A stretch of DNA of 46,272 bases, the filler included, from Sphacelaria rigidula (lineage: Eukaryota): NCBI GenBank assembly GCA_964200075.2. It is 2 parts of 2 records of this genome, joined end to end, with 100 filler letters (N's around TTAATTAATTAA, not from the genome) between each part and the next. Parts side by side here need not be neighbours in the genome. Positions count along the whole stretch, not along the records: positions 1 to 23,095 come from CAXNAA020000287.1; positions 23,196 to 46,272 come from CAXNAA020000288.1. One strand, given 5' to 3'. The notes under the pieces were generated by a model. The model saw nothing but the letters and a program-made list of their open reading frames with translations. It searched no databases and had not been told where the DNA came from. This document shows positions 19,601-34,700 of this stretch, piece after piece. The first letter of the stretch is position 1, and each line of letters opens with the position of its first letter. The position numbers and the translations under genes are program-made.

Positions 19601-22600
19601 GGTGGAGGAGATGACTGCAAAGTGGGAGCGGCAGCTGGAGAATTTCGGGGAAGCATCGTTCACGGACGAAATGCTCGGTCGCGAAGGCACTAAATGTAAG
19701 CGGCCGGAGGGCACGCTCTCCGTCGAAAAGGGGGCTCCTCGCCGAAAGAAACACCGCAACTGAAAACTCTTGTCTTCTTTGTGCTTGTTCGCGCGTTGTA
19801 TAGTCATTTTGAACCGGATGTATTTGTATGTATAGTTATTTTCTTCATACTTCGAACCCCTTGCCGTCCTCGGCAAGAGTCCGCAATAGTCTTGGGGGAA
19901 TCAACGCTTTGACACCAACGCTACGGTAGCACCGATTCCGTCAGATTTTCGTTTGTTTCGTCCCATGAAAGTTAGCTGTCATGCTTCCATTTGTACTATC
20001 TATTTTGCCGAAAAATCATGTGGTGCAATAAAGGAGCGTTTTGTTTCTGGCCGTCTCGGTGTGCAACAGGCGAAGATGCTTTGGTGGCGAAGGCACAGGT
20101 TGTCAGTCGCGGACATGCTGGTCTTGCGAGCAGTTTCGCGATTATAGAGGCAAAACCTAGAGACTATATGTAACTTACACAATATTGATGACATGTTGTC
20201 ACTTGTTCGATCTATCACAATTTGTTCACGATCGCGTCACCTTCTGGCGCGGTGCCACATTTCGGAGCAGTATCGTCGGGTGAGCTTCACTACCGGTACC
20301 TTCGACGCTCTAACTGAGGAACCCCTCTCTGCAAGCCACCACCCACACGACAACATCCCATATCGATCCCGTGGTCCCCAACCTGCGAATGTTGTTTGTT
20401 GTTTGAGCGAAGCAGTCGTCTGTCACATATTTCAATGATCCAGGAGGGTCGATCTGATGGTATCTCGTGCCCGACGGGTCAAAAGGTTACCATTATTCTA
20501 GACCCATAGGTTCGAGAAAATAAGAAACGAATGACCGCTGGTGGCGAAAATCCAGGTCGTCTATTTCACTCGTCCCAATGCCCGGCGTCTAGCGCTGCAG
20601 AAATCCGTAGTATCGTCGAGCGCCTGCCGATACATAACCCGGGTAGTGCAACGGCCCAAGGGGTGTAAAATACGGGAGAGCACGTTGTTGTTGTTGGTTA
20701 GTGTCGATTTTGTCGGCACGGTCAAACTTCTTCTACAGCATTGCTAACAATTGCTGTTGAATAAATTAAAATATTCTTCGCCTCGGCACCTGTTCCCGCT
20801 CGGAGCTTTTGTACATGTTGCCGAGCATGCCTAGTCTTGCGTGGAAATCGGGCGCGTTTCTAAAACATTTGTTTGCGTCAGGTTTGTGCTGATCGAAAAC
20901 GTCGGCGGATGCCTGCTATCTACTACTGCAGCACCTCCTTACGGAACAAGGAGTGGGTACAAGTGTCCGCGGAACAAACGTGGTTTATAGTCAATCCAGG
21001 TCATCTCATGGGCGAGGGTCGTCGGACGGGGTCACAGTGCAGTTGTAACTTGTGCAAAGAAGGCCAGCGTTGGCATGAGCTCTCCGTTGTTCAAGGTTGA
21101 ACCCCACACGAACCAAAATATTACCGAACGATATTTTTGGTGAAGCAGTGCATCCGCTCCCCCCCGAAGTAGAGTGTGCCATCATTCTTTACCAGTCATT
21201 ACCCAGGGATCGGATTTTGATACCTGAGCATACCGCAAGTTTTCACTCAAGCGTTTATTCAGTTTCTCATGAGTGGGCTACTTGCTTCTCAATCACAGAA
21301 TCAAGTCACACTCCATCAATCAAGAGAAGCGGAAGGGTATCCCCCTTTGTTGGACAGTTCTGGGTCTCTGGGGCGAGCCTTGCCCCGTGGTCTGCATGAC
21401 GTTAGGTTGAGTGATGTTTATCTCACCCCCGCCAATGCCAATCCACCTTTTCCCTACCTACTTGTGCTTGTTCCTGGAACATGACGTACAGCGGCGGCGG
21501 CGGTCCGATCGCCTGCGCTGGTTGGTCCGCCTTTGCCGATCGGAATAATCGATTGGCCGGGAGTGGCAAGCAGCCTCTGGCGACGGCACTCGGTAGCGTG
21601 GTCTCCACAGCTATGTCAGGTGCAATCTAGACGGTGTCTGCATGACCATGAGCTATGCTATACACCGATCACTTCGGGGTGGTGGAAGTTTGTTCAAATT
21701 CGTCGTTTCCTTCAAATTTATTATCACACCACCGAAAATCACGGGGGGGCGCGCGGGGGGGGTGTACTCATTACCATGCATGCCATAGCCTGCCATAGCG
21801 CGGAGAAGGGGGAGGGGGGGGGTTACGGTGATCTCGTGTATGGGATATCTGGGGATTGCAGGACCTTATTTCTCGAGCGACTCAAGGAAGACAAATGTAG
21901 CACCCGCGGTGGGGAGTGCCATATATACACCGTCACTTGCTGTGGGTGCGACGAAGATACCTTTGCTGAAAAACGTCTGCGAATGCGGCTCGGTTCGAGC
22001 TGTCTAAGATCAGCGCAAAGAAAATTCGCTGGGTGTTGCTATAGCTAGAGGGAGAATCTCGTGTGTTGACTTTTTCGGCGGTTGGAGAATGACTCTGGGC
22101 TTAATTTTTCACGTGTTACGGGCCCCGCGGCCGTGACCTCCGTAACTCACTTGTGAAAGGCAGTCATGCCATTCTGCCCAATAAACATCTTATTTGTTAT
22201 TAATACGCACACCCACCGCGCGCACGAATTAAGCAGTGGCTGCTCGTTCGTCTACGTCAGTGTCCAACATTCGTCGGTCGAATCATGAACAGTGTTGGGG
22301 CCCAGGGTTTCAGGGCTTGAGAATAAAACCGTGCGATTCAAGTATCACCATAGCGGTGCAAGGCGCACTCAACAATATTTTTCCGCCTGTTCGATAGTTT
22401 CGAATTCGTGCCCTCTTTCGTACCCTCTCTTCCCCGCCTCACTGCCCTCTGTGTTTGTTGAACACGACATCCGGGATCAATTACCTTCATCGTCAGGGAC
22501 TCTGGAAGTTTGTGGCATACGGCGATGTCGGAGCGGCAATGAACGCCCTTCCTCGCGCGAACGAGACCTTGGATGGCGCTTGGACACGAATGGATCTCTT

Positions 22601-22659
22601 GTACGAGTCGGATACCGAAGATCTGTCCATAGACCCCGGCACGCTCAAGAAATGTGACA
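16673..22659 (+). CDS. Gln/Ser/Gly-rich putative nuclear protein with possible Myb/SANT-like domain (5' part, multi-exon, truncated by contig end)
   Basis: 1500-nt exon 16673-18172 (polyQ, basic NLS-like RRRRK and PPKKRAK; donor GGG|GTGAGC). Exons 21492-21619 and 22497-22659 join in phase to give IIDWPGVASSLWRRHSVAWSPQLCQ/GLWKFVAYG, with Myb-like Trp spacing. Intervening small exons (~18711-18758, ~20882-20950) are uncertain, and linkage of all exons is inferred. Confidence 0.55.
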
Positions 22660-23095
22660 GTGAGTGTTTCTTATTTTTTCGATTGTTTCATGTCGTGCGT
22701 TTATACTGGAGCCGGCGGGTAGTTGTTCGACCCGGCCTGCTTTGGGGTCTGCTTTTTCACCCAGTTTTAGGTCCGCTTCCTTGTGTAGCCTGTCAAATCT
22801 TGACTGGAAAAATGGAGTGACACTATGGATCATGACTCATCGGGTTCCTCTAGTATTGTGTGTGAGAGCGGGAGGTGACCCTGTCTGTTCGGTTTCGTAA
22901 TCGACGCGGAGGTGCCCAAGTAGAAATTCTTGTGTACCCTCGCGTACCAGTCCTGTCATGCAGCTAGAGCAGTCACAGTTCCGAGCATCCCAAGTATGTA
23001 TGAAGAAGCGCAAAAAATTGAAAACACAGGGTTCACATCCTTGCTTGTCGAACCCACTTGCTGTCCTGTTCCTCTTCATTATCTGTGAGTTGACG

Positions 23096-23195
23096 NNNNN
23101 NNNNNNNNNNNNNNNNNNNNNNNNNNNNNNNNNNNNNNNTTAATTAATTAANNNNNNNNNNNNNNNNNNNNNNNNNNNNNNNNNNNNNNNNNNNN
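23096..23195. other. Artificial contig spacer (44 N + TTAATTAATTAA + 44 N)
   Basis: Exactly 100 nt with a palindromic six-frame stop linker at 23140-23151. Confidence 0.97.
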
Positions 23196-23261
23196 TGATC
23201 CCTTGAGACCACGGACTCATCCCGAGGAAGGGGAGGGATTCAGAGTGTGAGGAAAAAAAAA
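23196..23261 (+). repeat. 3' end of an A-tailed dispersed repeat (SINE/LINE-like), copy 1
   Basis: cttgagaccacggactcatcccgaggaaggggagggattcagagtgtgagg + A9; near-identical to the reverse complement of 46213-46272. Confidence 0.8.
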
Positions 23262-23613
23262 CAAGTTTGAGATGCTATCATTCATCGAAGGTTTCCCATG
23301 CTAATGGTACGTCTCGCATTCAATGTTTTTGATGTATTTTTTCCAATGAAGGTATCTTAATAGAGTGACAATCTCAGTCAGTTCAACGTTCCCACCTCCG
23401 CTATGGATTCGAGGACTCGTGGAATATTGCAATTTTTGCATGCTGAAATTTCTCTCGAGTAATGTGGCAGCGTCCGCATTGACCGCCTGCAGTGACGTTG
23501 ATGTACAACCACCGTCCTCTAATCCTAAACGTCCATTTTGTAACGGTAGAGCAGTAAATTCTGTGGAAAATTGACCGAAGTTCAGTGATGAACGTTTTGC
23601 TCCCTTGCTTTAG

Positions 23614-25691
23614 GGCCACAAGCTGGTTGTGGGAGCTGACACGGGCATCATTCGGGAATGCGCTTCGCACAACGGATCTATGATCAAGCAACTCGATCCG
23701 CACGATGGCTCTGTGAACTGGATATCGTTCGCGTCTAGAAAGACAGACAAGTGAGGAACCCACAGTAAGAGGTAGAGAAAACGGAGGCAATATTGTGCAG
23801 CCGAGTGCCCGTCAATGACTGCGGGAGCGACGCAACCAGCTGCCTGTGTAATAGCTGACCCTGACCTGATGTTGCCAAGCGATCGCTGGCACGGCAACAG
23901 TGAAGCAACACAAGCATTCCGCTACCCCCACAGACCCGCAGGGCACTGTACTTGTTCGATCAAGTGGAAACTTTCCCAAACCTTGATGCAAGCTCTACAT
24001 AGTTCGCGTGCACCGGCTTGGGAACGGTCGTTCTGAAGGCTCCCTCTCAACAAAGACTCCCTCTCAACACTCTGCCGAAGGACTCGCCTTTTCGATTTTG
24101 TTCTCTGCGGATCTCAATTACGTAGCCCCCCTTCAACGCACATAAGTATTTCCACAACGTGCCCGACAACGCTGACCTACGGGACGATATGTGGCACGGA
24201 ACACCAGTTCATACCATCGCACGACGACCGTTATGTATTGCCGTAATCTCTCAAACTACCTGTGATTGCACAACAGGCTTTGAAAGCATATATAGAGCAC
24301 AGATTAAACTGCACTCTCGACAAAGAGGCAAGGCCACGCAACCTACGATGATAATACATCCGATGTTCGCAGAGTGTATGCCTCACCTACCTGATTCTAT
24401 GGCAGCTTCGGTACATATGATGAGTGTTTTCTTGACACATGATAAGATCAAAAGTAGCCAGCCAAGAGAAGAAAACACGCCCTGTCAGGAATGGAAGTCG
24501 AAAGCCCTCCTCCAGCCAGTATTCACTCGTGGAATGCTTCGAAGCTCCGCTTTCCCTTTAAGAGTACGCGCAACGATATGTTCTGACATGAATATAATTG
24601 CTCGCTTTCCAGGTGTGTGTTCAGTATCGGTGCCGACGGAGAGCTGCACGTTCTCGACGATGCTGACGAAAAGGGCTACGTGAAACGAGTAGGGCTGAGA
24701 ACAAGAGCACAGCGACGCTCCACCGTTACGGCGGACAGCAATGCTCGAGTGAAACAAAAAGGAGCGGAGTCATCATGCACGGTCCCTGCGTCGCAAGCGA
24801 TCAGTGCGCCGTCAACGGCAGGTACCCACGATTCCACCTATTGCCTACTGGATATGTGTCTAATGAAGCAGGATGAATTGTCGTTCCCATTTATTCAAGA
24901 AACTTCAATTAGTGCCGTCAGACGTGTTCAAGACACAGCAATGCGAGGAAAATGGGTGACAATATCCCGTCCAGGGCATACGAACATACGAACATTTGCT
25001 CGTGTACCGACTTGCTGGCCACAGCATACGCAACAACTTACGGGAACAAGAATACCCCTGCTCCTGACGTCGTCGGCAAGGCAAAACCAACACAAGCGAA
25101 TGTTCCTCTGCCCGCAAGATTCCGCGTCTCATTCTGCGCTCTGGTACCCAAGGGGCTGAAGTACTTGCGGACTGCAAGACCTGAGTAGTTACCCGTAAAG
25201 ATTCGCTGGTTATACGATTTTTCAAGTCTTCATCACAGAATATGAAGTCCTGTTGGTTTATTCAATCATTCACGACGCTACCAACATACGACACACATCA
25301 TGTCGCATGAAATCGATGGATGGGCAGTGCTTCTCAAGTTAAACTCCAGGTAATAATGTGCTCTACAAGACGTCGCCTGAATGAATAACCATAGGCTTCT
25401 TTGTTGTTCAGTAAGCACATTTCCTCTAACCTCTCGGAACCTCCCATGTTAGAGCTGACACGAAGACGAACAGCCTCTGGAGCCAATGCCGCAAGAGGGG
25501 GTGACACGCGCATGGAAAATGGGCAACACGGAAGGGGCAATAATGCGCCAAATGGCTCGGCGAAAGGACACTCGGTACTGCTGCGTCAGATTGTGTTCTT
25601 ATCAGAAGATGAAACGATCGGGGAGGAGGCCCGAACCACCAACGCAAGAAGCATTCAGACGTACCCGGGTCCTACCACTGACACCGACAAG

Positions 25692-25725
<34 letters not shown>

Positions 25726-28700
25726 GGACGACGACGATAGCAGCACCACCTGAGGGATCAACAGAAATAGCAGCAACACGCCAGCAATCGCTACAGCCTG
25801 CGGCCATTAGAGATCAACGGCGACATTGTATCAATCACGCCGCCGGAGCCGGTGACATGGTTGACGGCTCAAGCAACATTAAACCAGAAAAGAGACCCTC
25901 AAGAAACGGGGAGAGGATCGGATACACGATGGACGAGACCCGCCCGATGGAACTTCGCGGCGTCGGCGGCAAAATCGACGGCTACGGCACACGTGAGGCT
26001 CGTGTTGGAAGTTCCGGGCGTGGGCAAGCCACAACTGGATCCGCGAAGGATGTTGGATCACGCAAGGATTCTGATCTCACAAGAACTGAAGGTGTACAAT
26101 CAAGAGTATACGTGGATGTCCCAGAGGTCCCCGAGGAGAAATCCCAATCGCATGTCGATGTGGACGGAATGAACGCGAGCGTGAGCACTAGCGGTGCTGA
26201 ATCAGAGGATATGCTACCGACTCGCGACTGTACCATGTCGCGCTTGAATCGCAGGTGTGTCATCACGTGATGAAGGATTGTTCACCGTCAATCACGTCGA
26301 AATCGCTCGGTATAGTCGCGAGGTCGACATCAAGGACTACCTGCTGTTCATTGTGTTTTTGATGTGATCTCAAATCGGTTCGGTTTCACGCGTTACTCCT
26401 AGCGCTTGAGTTAGACTATTTCCTATTTCGTCAAAATCGTCGAGGGGTCAAGTGAGTTGTCTTCAATGTTTCTGGAAGTCTATCCCGCGCGCCACAATCA
26501 TGTTTCTAGGAGACATTCCCTTCAGACGCTTGCCTTAGCTGCATAAATCTATGGCAATGTTCACGCTGGCGGCGCTCTACTCGGTGAAACCATACAAGGA
26601 TTCGGTTTCAATGAATCAGTTGGCTGATTTTGCGCACTAAGTTATTCCCCGAGGGATTCAGTCATAGCCGCACGATAGACGAACCAGAAATACACAAAGC
26701 GGCAACATTCACTGATGAAAACCCAAGAAAGGAAAATGACGAATAAATAAATAAATGACAAAAAATAAAGTCAAGCAAAAAAGGAGGAAAATGAAAGGAA
26801 AGGGGAGGAAAGGAAAGGACGACAACCGCAACCGGTCCCAATGAAGACATTTGAAATGATGACAATATAACATAGACAAGAAGCATGAAATGGCCGACCC
26901 TTACCAAAGGGTTTCAGGTAGGAACACAGTGCAGAAAAAAAAGAAGCCCATCACCATAATTCACCAATTACTCGCGCTCGCGTGCCAGATTTCTGCGGGC
27001 CGCGCGATCGCTATTGTCCCAAGGTGTGCGCGACGAAGTGCACGCGCTGGAGTTGTCTGTGACCACAACGCGGAAGGAAAACAAAAACGCTCTGTGCGCA
27101 AAACCCAGCGTAAGTTATACTTGGCCGACAAACGACCACGTATACCCCGTTTGAGACGAAGTTGTCGGTCATTTTCCACTCTCTGTATTCGTGTTAATAG
27201 GTGGAACGCTGACTGTGATCGATGCTCGCTGGCTTTTCAGAAAGGCCAGCGGTGCAGCTATTTTCTCTTGCACATCACTTCTGACCCTGGTCAGTTTCCA
27301 CCTCTCGTACGCGATTGGTTGGATAGGGACGGAGTGGAGGCAGCGCTACAACGCAGAGCACCAATGAAGCGCACACCATTCACTCTACCAACACTTTACC
27401 AACATGTAGATAGCTTCTGCGGCTCAACGTTTCACGAATCAATAGCTGAAAGCATGCTGTCCATTGCATCTCTGAATGCTTTACCTCGTTCTGCCGCGAG
27501 ACTGTAGAATTATTTTGTCGTCCCAAGGAGGTCAGCGGCCTGTCCCTACACGTCTGCTGTCTGTATCAACAACCAGTGCTCGGAAAGACGCATTCATGTC
27601 ATTTAGAACTCTGGTATCTGGAGTTTTGACTGATCTCTGATCGCTCACTACACGCTTCTGGATATTATTCTCTTCGTTTTTCAAGATCCGCTACGTTTGT
27701 CGCTCTGTTGCAACATCATGGCCAGCACGATATGACAGCCTGCACTGCCGACGACCACCTCAACCTCATAGCCACTGTGGCGACATCAGACGGAGGCATC
27801 GAATACCTCAGAAATGACAACAATGCAGGGACAGCGGCAGTACAGGTAATCGATAATAAATAACGGTGTATAGCAGCTGGCCACTACACCACTCGTGGAC
27901 GTGGTGCTCTCAGCATTCGAAATTTCTTAGCGCAGGTCAACCTCGGCAAAATTCAGTTCTACCTAGATATCAGATACGTGCCGTGATTTATGTGTTTGCA
28001 ATTCGCAGGCCAGCTGATATCTCTGACGCTGTTTTGCTAGACATAAACTGTGTGTTGTTGCATTCTATTCCTACGGCATTGCCGGCACTCCACGATACAG
28101 TCGGCGGCCGGCGGTGGTCCAATCTCATCACCGCCCTCCTCCAGTGTTCATGTATGGGACGCCGAAATGATGACGCTAATGGGGACTTTATTATTACCGT
28201 GCTTGAATCTCACGAGAGATCTCGCCAACGCGGCCAATGCTTTCGGCATGGTGCACGCTAGACGACAAACCGCACATGACGGGTCCCAGACACCTCCAAA
28301 GAACGAGGATAACACGGCGAGCGTGTCGTCTTCGGGGACGGTCGAGGGCGAGCTCGGTGCCCAGACGCTGCCTAGTATAGGTAAGCATTCGGCCCATGCT
28401 TGCGGTATCACGTGACTGCTACGTAGTAGTAAGACAGATATATCTATTCATACTTTTCCCGGTAGATTGATTAAGGCGGCATTCCACTAGGTTGTCTTGT
28501 TGGCCACAACAAAGGCGATACGTCACCCTCACAACAACCGGCACTTGCGAGAAACTAGTTTCTAACCCCATGTAGTGACAGACCTCAGGATATGAAAACA
28601 TTCGATCGCTGAGAGCGAAATGTCTTGAATGGTACTACGGTAGGGATGTACAAATATTTTATGACGTTAGAATTGTTAGGAGTCCGTTATCTCATCCAAA

Positions 28701-31700
28701 ACACGACTTATGAAAATATGTGAGAGTACACCTGGATTACTATTCCAATGTGCTGGGGATATCCCGAATACATTTGCAAACGGGGATGTCTTGACCCATA
28801 TTTTTGTGCATCTAGAACCGTTAGGAGACCCTTAACCAGACAAGATTTCACGCAAAAAGGGCACCCCTACCGTAGCATTGCTCTCTTGTGCTTTTTGTAT
28901 ACCTCGATACCCCTTCCAACCTCCCAGCCCCTCCTCCTTTCATCGATGCGTGCCATTCGCGCCCCGGCTTATGCTCTGACGGCAACCCTCAACGGTGACC
29001 ACGTTTCGGCGTCGGCTTTACTGATACCATTGTGCGTACCGCATCCGTCGCAGAAACAACCGTCACAGGTGACCTGGCCCTCGCGATTGCCCCTTTACGA
29101 ACTCGGTTGGTACTCCAACCATCTAGCCTGCATCTGAGGACAACGAATTCGGCGACACTTCCCAGTTTTGCTGGAGAAGCATTTCACCGCGATACGTCTC
29201 ATCACAAACCTCGCCCTCCATGTCTCAAGCATAACGTCTGAACCACATGCCACTCTGGGCCATACGGTTTCCGACTCTACCCCCGAGACGATGGCTCTGG
29301 CAACGCATGAAAGTCCAATACACGCCCTTTGTATCGTTTTGACAAGGTAGAACGCATGCTGAAAACCACTCGAATCCTCGTTGACGACAGTGGAACGAGA
29401 CCCCGTAACTAGATACTTTGAGATATATATATATATACACATGTTAGAGCTCTTTTACATTGAAAATGTTTGCCATGAGATTGAATCCCGGCGAATCATG
29501 TGTATTCTCTCTTGTTCTTTCTGATGACCACCATTCATCCGCTGGCGTGGGAAAAACACCGACTTCTATGACATAGCTGTTTCGCCGCTCCTGTGCACAC
29601 AGACACAGACGGCCGTAACTGAAAGCGGCAGCAAACACGTCAAATTGTTTGTGAGATGACTACATGAACAAGCCTAGCCAATGATGAACGGTGAATATGA
29701 ACAGTGCTTACATCAGTTGGATGAAAAAAAGGAAAATAAGCAGTACAAACTACCACCATTTCTGCCACTCATGTCCCTCAAGATAGATGCTAAAGCCGAC
29801 TCGAGAAGCCTCGCCTAAAGCGGTTGTAATGGGTGAGCGGACCACGTCTTTTTTGGACCGCATCGGAGTTCAAACACCCCTACGGGTATGACTCGGGTTC
29901 GTGTTCGTGTTCGTGTTAGGGTCAGGAGCACGGTCCCTGCAGAGACTGGCCCATGCGGTCTTAGAGAACGTCGCTCCCGGGGTGTTTTGAACTATGATGC
30001 GTTCCAATGTGCACACGGTCTGCGAATGCATTACAGGGGTTAGCAGAGAACTGGTTCGCATTGAGTGCATTTGTTGATTACCTTTGCACCCAAGCATTCA
30101 ATCTCGATGACGTGTGTAGACGTTAAAAGCGCTAATCCTTACTTGATGACAGTACCTACGAGATATCTAATCGCACGGATCTTGGTTTCTGAACGGAACT
30201 GCAACACCAGCAGCGGATACACAAGTTCCTGCATCGCCGGTCCTCGGGCGCGCGGGCTCTACGGAACGCAGCGGGAGGCCAGTGCTAGTAACGGCGCTGG
30301 AGTTTCTTTCGCCCTACCCTTTGCTGGCCGGCGCGTGTACCGGCGGCGCCGTAGCTTTCTGGCGAGTGACGGACTGCGTGTGTGTTCAGGTGCAGCGCGT
30401 GGGTCGGGCTACGGGAGGGGTGTACACTGTAGTGCTTAATCAGGCCGCGTGCTTCAAGGATCACATCGGAGCTTGAACACTCCCGGACCTACGTGTCGGG
30501 AGGGTCGCTCGGACTTGGTGAGAGCAGAGACCGCGTCTCTAGGACACCGGCGCCGCGCATTTATCGAGCCAGGGGTAGCGAAGCTAGGCGAGGTGGCTGA
30601 AGCGACACGACGACGACCCAATGTACCTCGAAAAAGAGGAGAGCAAGGATTTTCAAACTATAATATTCAGACACCGGTAACGTGTCTAGGAGTCACTCCC
30701 GCGGGTGTATTGTGGTGCGAAAGGGTTGACATCAGTAGATTCAGGCAGGTATCGGCGCCTACTGCGTCGTCATGACCGCGTTGGCGAACTGATGCTCAGT
30801 GATTACAGGTACCAGCTGCGAGAATCACCCCTAGACGAGTTATTATTGCCTAATTTTTTGTTTTGAAATTCTTGATGTCCTCCGTCTGGGAGCACAATGC
30901 GTCGTGGTCGTGTTGTTATCTTCCAGACACGTCGGTCCCGGCGTGTTCAAACTCCGATGCGGTCCTGGAAGCACGTGGTCGGAACACGCATTACAGTACG
31001 TATTCCCTGCGACGGTTCGATCTTTTCCCGAGAATCCAATTTGTGGACGTCAATGTAACAGTTCGCAACCACGCCCCATGAAACTAGTGCAGCCAAGAGT
31101 AAACAGGTTCTTGAATATTGAAGCTGACGTGGCTACGACCCGCTGTTCGATCTCAGCGGCACGCTGGATATAGGGACCGTGATGGTGTTGGTACCCTCCA
31201 ACTATTGCAGCGCACGCCTTGTTTCACACCCCGTTCACTGTATTTCTGTACCAGGATGTGCGTGTACACAACCAATTTGGCAGTTCATCGGCCAGCACAC
31301 CTCCCACTCGAAGATGGGAGAGCATTGCTTGTGTTGAGCTCCACTGCTATACGATGTTGCAACGCTATGCTGCCTTGCTATCGTAACAATGTAAGGGCCT
31401 GCGCTACTCGCTGGTGTGCTCCTTACCTCTCAAGCTAACGATTTCATTCAACGCTCTAGTGCAACCAATCATGAGCGTATCAAATCCCGGGTGGATGATG
31501 ACAAGAGGTAGCTTCGGGGGCTGAACGCCATCTTGGTTGCTCTGCTCCCCCTCTGTTTCGTCAGTACCAGAGTTCTTCTCCGTCTAGCGCTTTTCAGAGA
31601 AGCTACGCCAACATCCATACAGAACTCCACAGCCCATCGGCTATTTTTTACCCGTTCGCGTTGTAAATAATGACGCCAACACCATTGCTTAGTCTACACC

Positions 31701-34700
31701 GTCACGTTCCTCTCTTAATGGGTGCTCTATGTTTCTTGAAGGCTATTTTGCTACCCATAAACTTGGAAGAACTGCGGGGGAGGGGACGTGGTACGGGGGG
31801 GGTCGCCGCCGAGGAGGAGGAACGTCTGACATGCCTGACCAGGGGAATGACTCACGCAGAAAATGGGCAAGGTATACATTCAGGCGTAGTAATATGTTGC
31901 AGTCGGCTTTCAGAGAGGTTGAGGTTGGCGTGTATCTCGCACTTCGTACTCGCCAACACCCATTTGGTTGGGACGGCTTTCTAGGCGGTTGTTTCTTCTG
32001 TATTCACTGCCACTGAATACCACTTGTACGTCAGAGGGGGGTTCGGCCATCGTTTGGGCTCGAACTGGTTCAGCAAAAACCATGTAGAACCTTGTAGTGC
32101 ATCTTGGTCACCAAGGCGCATCTTCCACGTGAGCCGGCCGTGTTTCTGTTCCGCTCCCATCACAGAACATGGTCGCATATGCGTACGTTATATTGACCAC
32201 CACTATTTCTAGAAAGTGTAGGGTAACAACTGGGCCGGTGCCCTTCGACGTATAGTGATTCAGCATCTTTAACCTTGGGTAGGTGTGCGGTCAACAAATT
32301 AACTACTGTGACTTCACCGCTACGGTTGCTGATGTTTCGAAGCACGTCTGGTGTGAGCAGAAGTATCGCTTCTCGCGAAGTGTCACTACAGTACCACGGT
32401 ACACCGCTCTACCGCGAGCATGACGATGATGTATCAATCCTCCGTCGTCGCTCGCATCTCAATGACCGCCACCCGTGACCAGATACGATGATTATGTACT
32501 GCGGAAACGAGCGCGGTGACATCTTGGTGGCAAATTTGTCGCCCTCGGAACTCGCTGAACTAAGCGGCGATGCTAAAGGGCCGGTACCGTGCCAACGCAG
32601 GACGAATCATAACCCGTATCGAGCTGTGCGTGTTGCCCTATCCCCGCAAAATGCCATGATTAGCTTCAAGTCGGCATGTCGGGCACAGCGCAAAGCAGCC
32701 AAAATTTCTCACGCTGCTGGTGGTGCAAGGTACGTGATTGGTCCAGGCCATTCAATACCTCACTTACGGGTATACCCCGCCAAATCGCAAGCATGTGTTA
32801 TCGTGCAGAGTATGGCCTTGCTTAATTCGCGGGGTCGCCCACTATCGCCCTCTTTGTGTCAAGGCAACGAATCAACATAATGGCGGTCTATTCGTGCGTG
32901 GTGAACGATGAAGATCCAGAATATTCCGTGTTTCGGTCGCCCCATTGATGTTTGCATAGTTGAACACATTCGGTCCCGATCCCACGGTTAATTTATTGGC
33001 GAGAGATTCAACGTGAACGCAAAGATGTTGACGAGGTGGATTGTGACGGCAAGAGGTTCGTCTGTGTAGGCGCCGAGGGTCAGGGATTGGTAAAAGTGTG
33101 CGACTCACCGGAAAGTAGATGACGTGTCATGGATTAGCGTAAGGTTCCTCTGTTCATCACAGCTTCATCACGGATTGTCGAGCTGTCGAGAAAGATACAT
33201 AAACGAGGAAATACCCCGTCTGCGTCTAAACCGTTATCGTTTCTCAAGAAGCCTCGAGTGTTGAATTCATAACAAGATCATTCTTCCACTAGAGCAACAA
33301 CCACGGATCCCACTGAAACATTGAAACTCTCCTGTCCATTTCTTGACTATTCTTGAATTCATTTTGCCCTGGCGTTGCCTTTTCTATACCGCCGTTGGGT
33401 TGCTGACAAAAGTCGCCGAGGACGGCGATCAGCCCGAAACGGCGAGGACGGCGTGGAGCCTTTCGCCGTTCCATCAACGGTTTTCCGAGCAGCCTGGGTG
33501 GCGCATTCAGCAGGAATCTCCTCCATGTCGTGGATAGAGTCCCCGCCTTCGTTGCTCTCCGCGTCCGCAGACGGTCTCGCTAAGATCTGGTCCCCGGACG
33601 GCAGCATGCTTCTAGGGCAGGTGTGCTATTCAAATAGCAGATGACGCAGACGCAACAACAACTGGTGCTTGGCACTTAAAAAAACGCTTACTATGACTCG
33701 AGACGTCGCCAGTGGTCCAACCGCTCTAGTATCGTTTCAAGTCTTGCTACACATCTGGCGTTCCGATGCCTGCTGCTTTCTTGGATCCAAAGGAGTTGGT
33801 AGACAAGTGCCATGCCTATCGTTGTTCGTCTTTGCATCCGTACGGGCTCCTGTTGTCCGCAAGACACAATCCAACACGAGCCGCTCCTCGATTCCTGTTC
33901 CTCTTCAGTTGGACATCAACAACCGGCAACCCGAGCGCGCGACCACCTTGGAGGCTCGTCAGTGGACGTTTTCTTCTGAAAAAGAACCGTCCCGCCTCGC
34001 CATCGGCAAACCACCTCCGCTGACACAGCCGAAATCTCAGCCTGATGCATCAGCCAGCGGCGCTGCTGACTCGATTGGTCTTGGCAAGTGTGATGGAGAT
34101 AGCGTCGACGAAGAGGGCACTGATTTGAGGTGTGTTTCCTTGAGCGCATATTGAGGCCGCGCTTTCACCTATAAATATTCTCAGTCCATGTCCTCGGCGT
34201 AAGGAAAGCAAGAGAGCGGCTATGCCGAGAAACATGCTGTCATATTTCCGCAGATCCAGACTGCAATAACACACTCACGACCACAACCCTTTGTTTTCAT
34301 GTCGTTATTAATGGGAAAGTAGTCACTTCATACCCTAGTCGCCCTACTACGTAAGTGCCTTTTGAGATGCGGGCTATACGTCGTTGTGGAATCGTTGATA
34401 TACCCGGACTGGTCCGCTGTTTGAAGCTCGCTGATGTTTGCGTGCGGACGATCACACTAATGCCCAACTGAGATTTGCCCTTTTCTCAAATATGCTCATT
34501 ACAACTCATCTATGAGCATGAGACACAATTTGTGAGCGGGGAATGACAAAACATACACACAAGTCTAGATACGTATATCATTCGGAAGGTTTCTTGTGGT
34601 TGGAGAACATGCAAAAAACAAGGCACAATATGTGTGGCACGTCGATTCATGCCTCCAAGGGATGCTGATATCATACTTTTGTTTCGTGGTACTACTCGTC

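Noticed and set aside
23140-23151. Palindrome TTAATTAATTAA
   Set aside because: Six-frame stop linker embedded in Ns; not biological.
22497-23750. Joining the exon at 22497-22659 to the WD40 exons across the N-gap
   Set aside because: The gap is an artificial linker, and the contigs have near-equal, descending lengths (23095, 23077), suggesting size-sorted concatenation of unrelated contigs.
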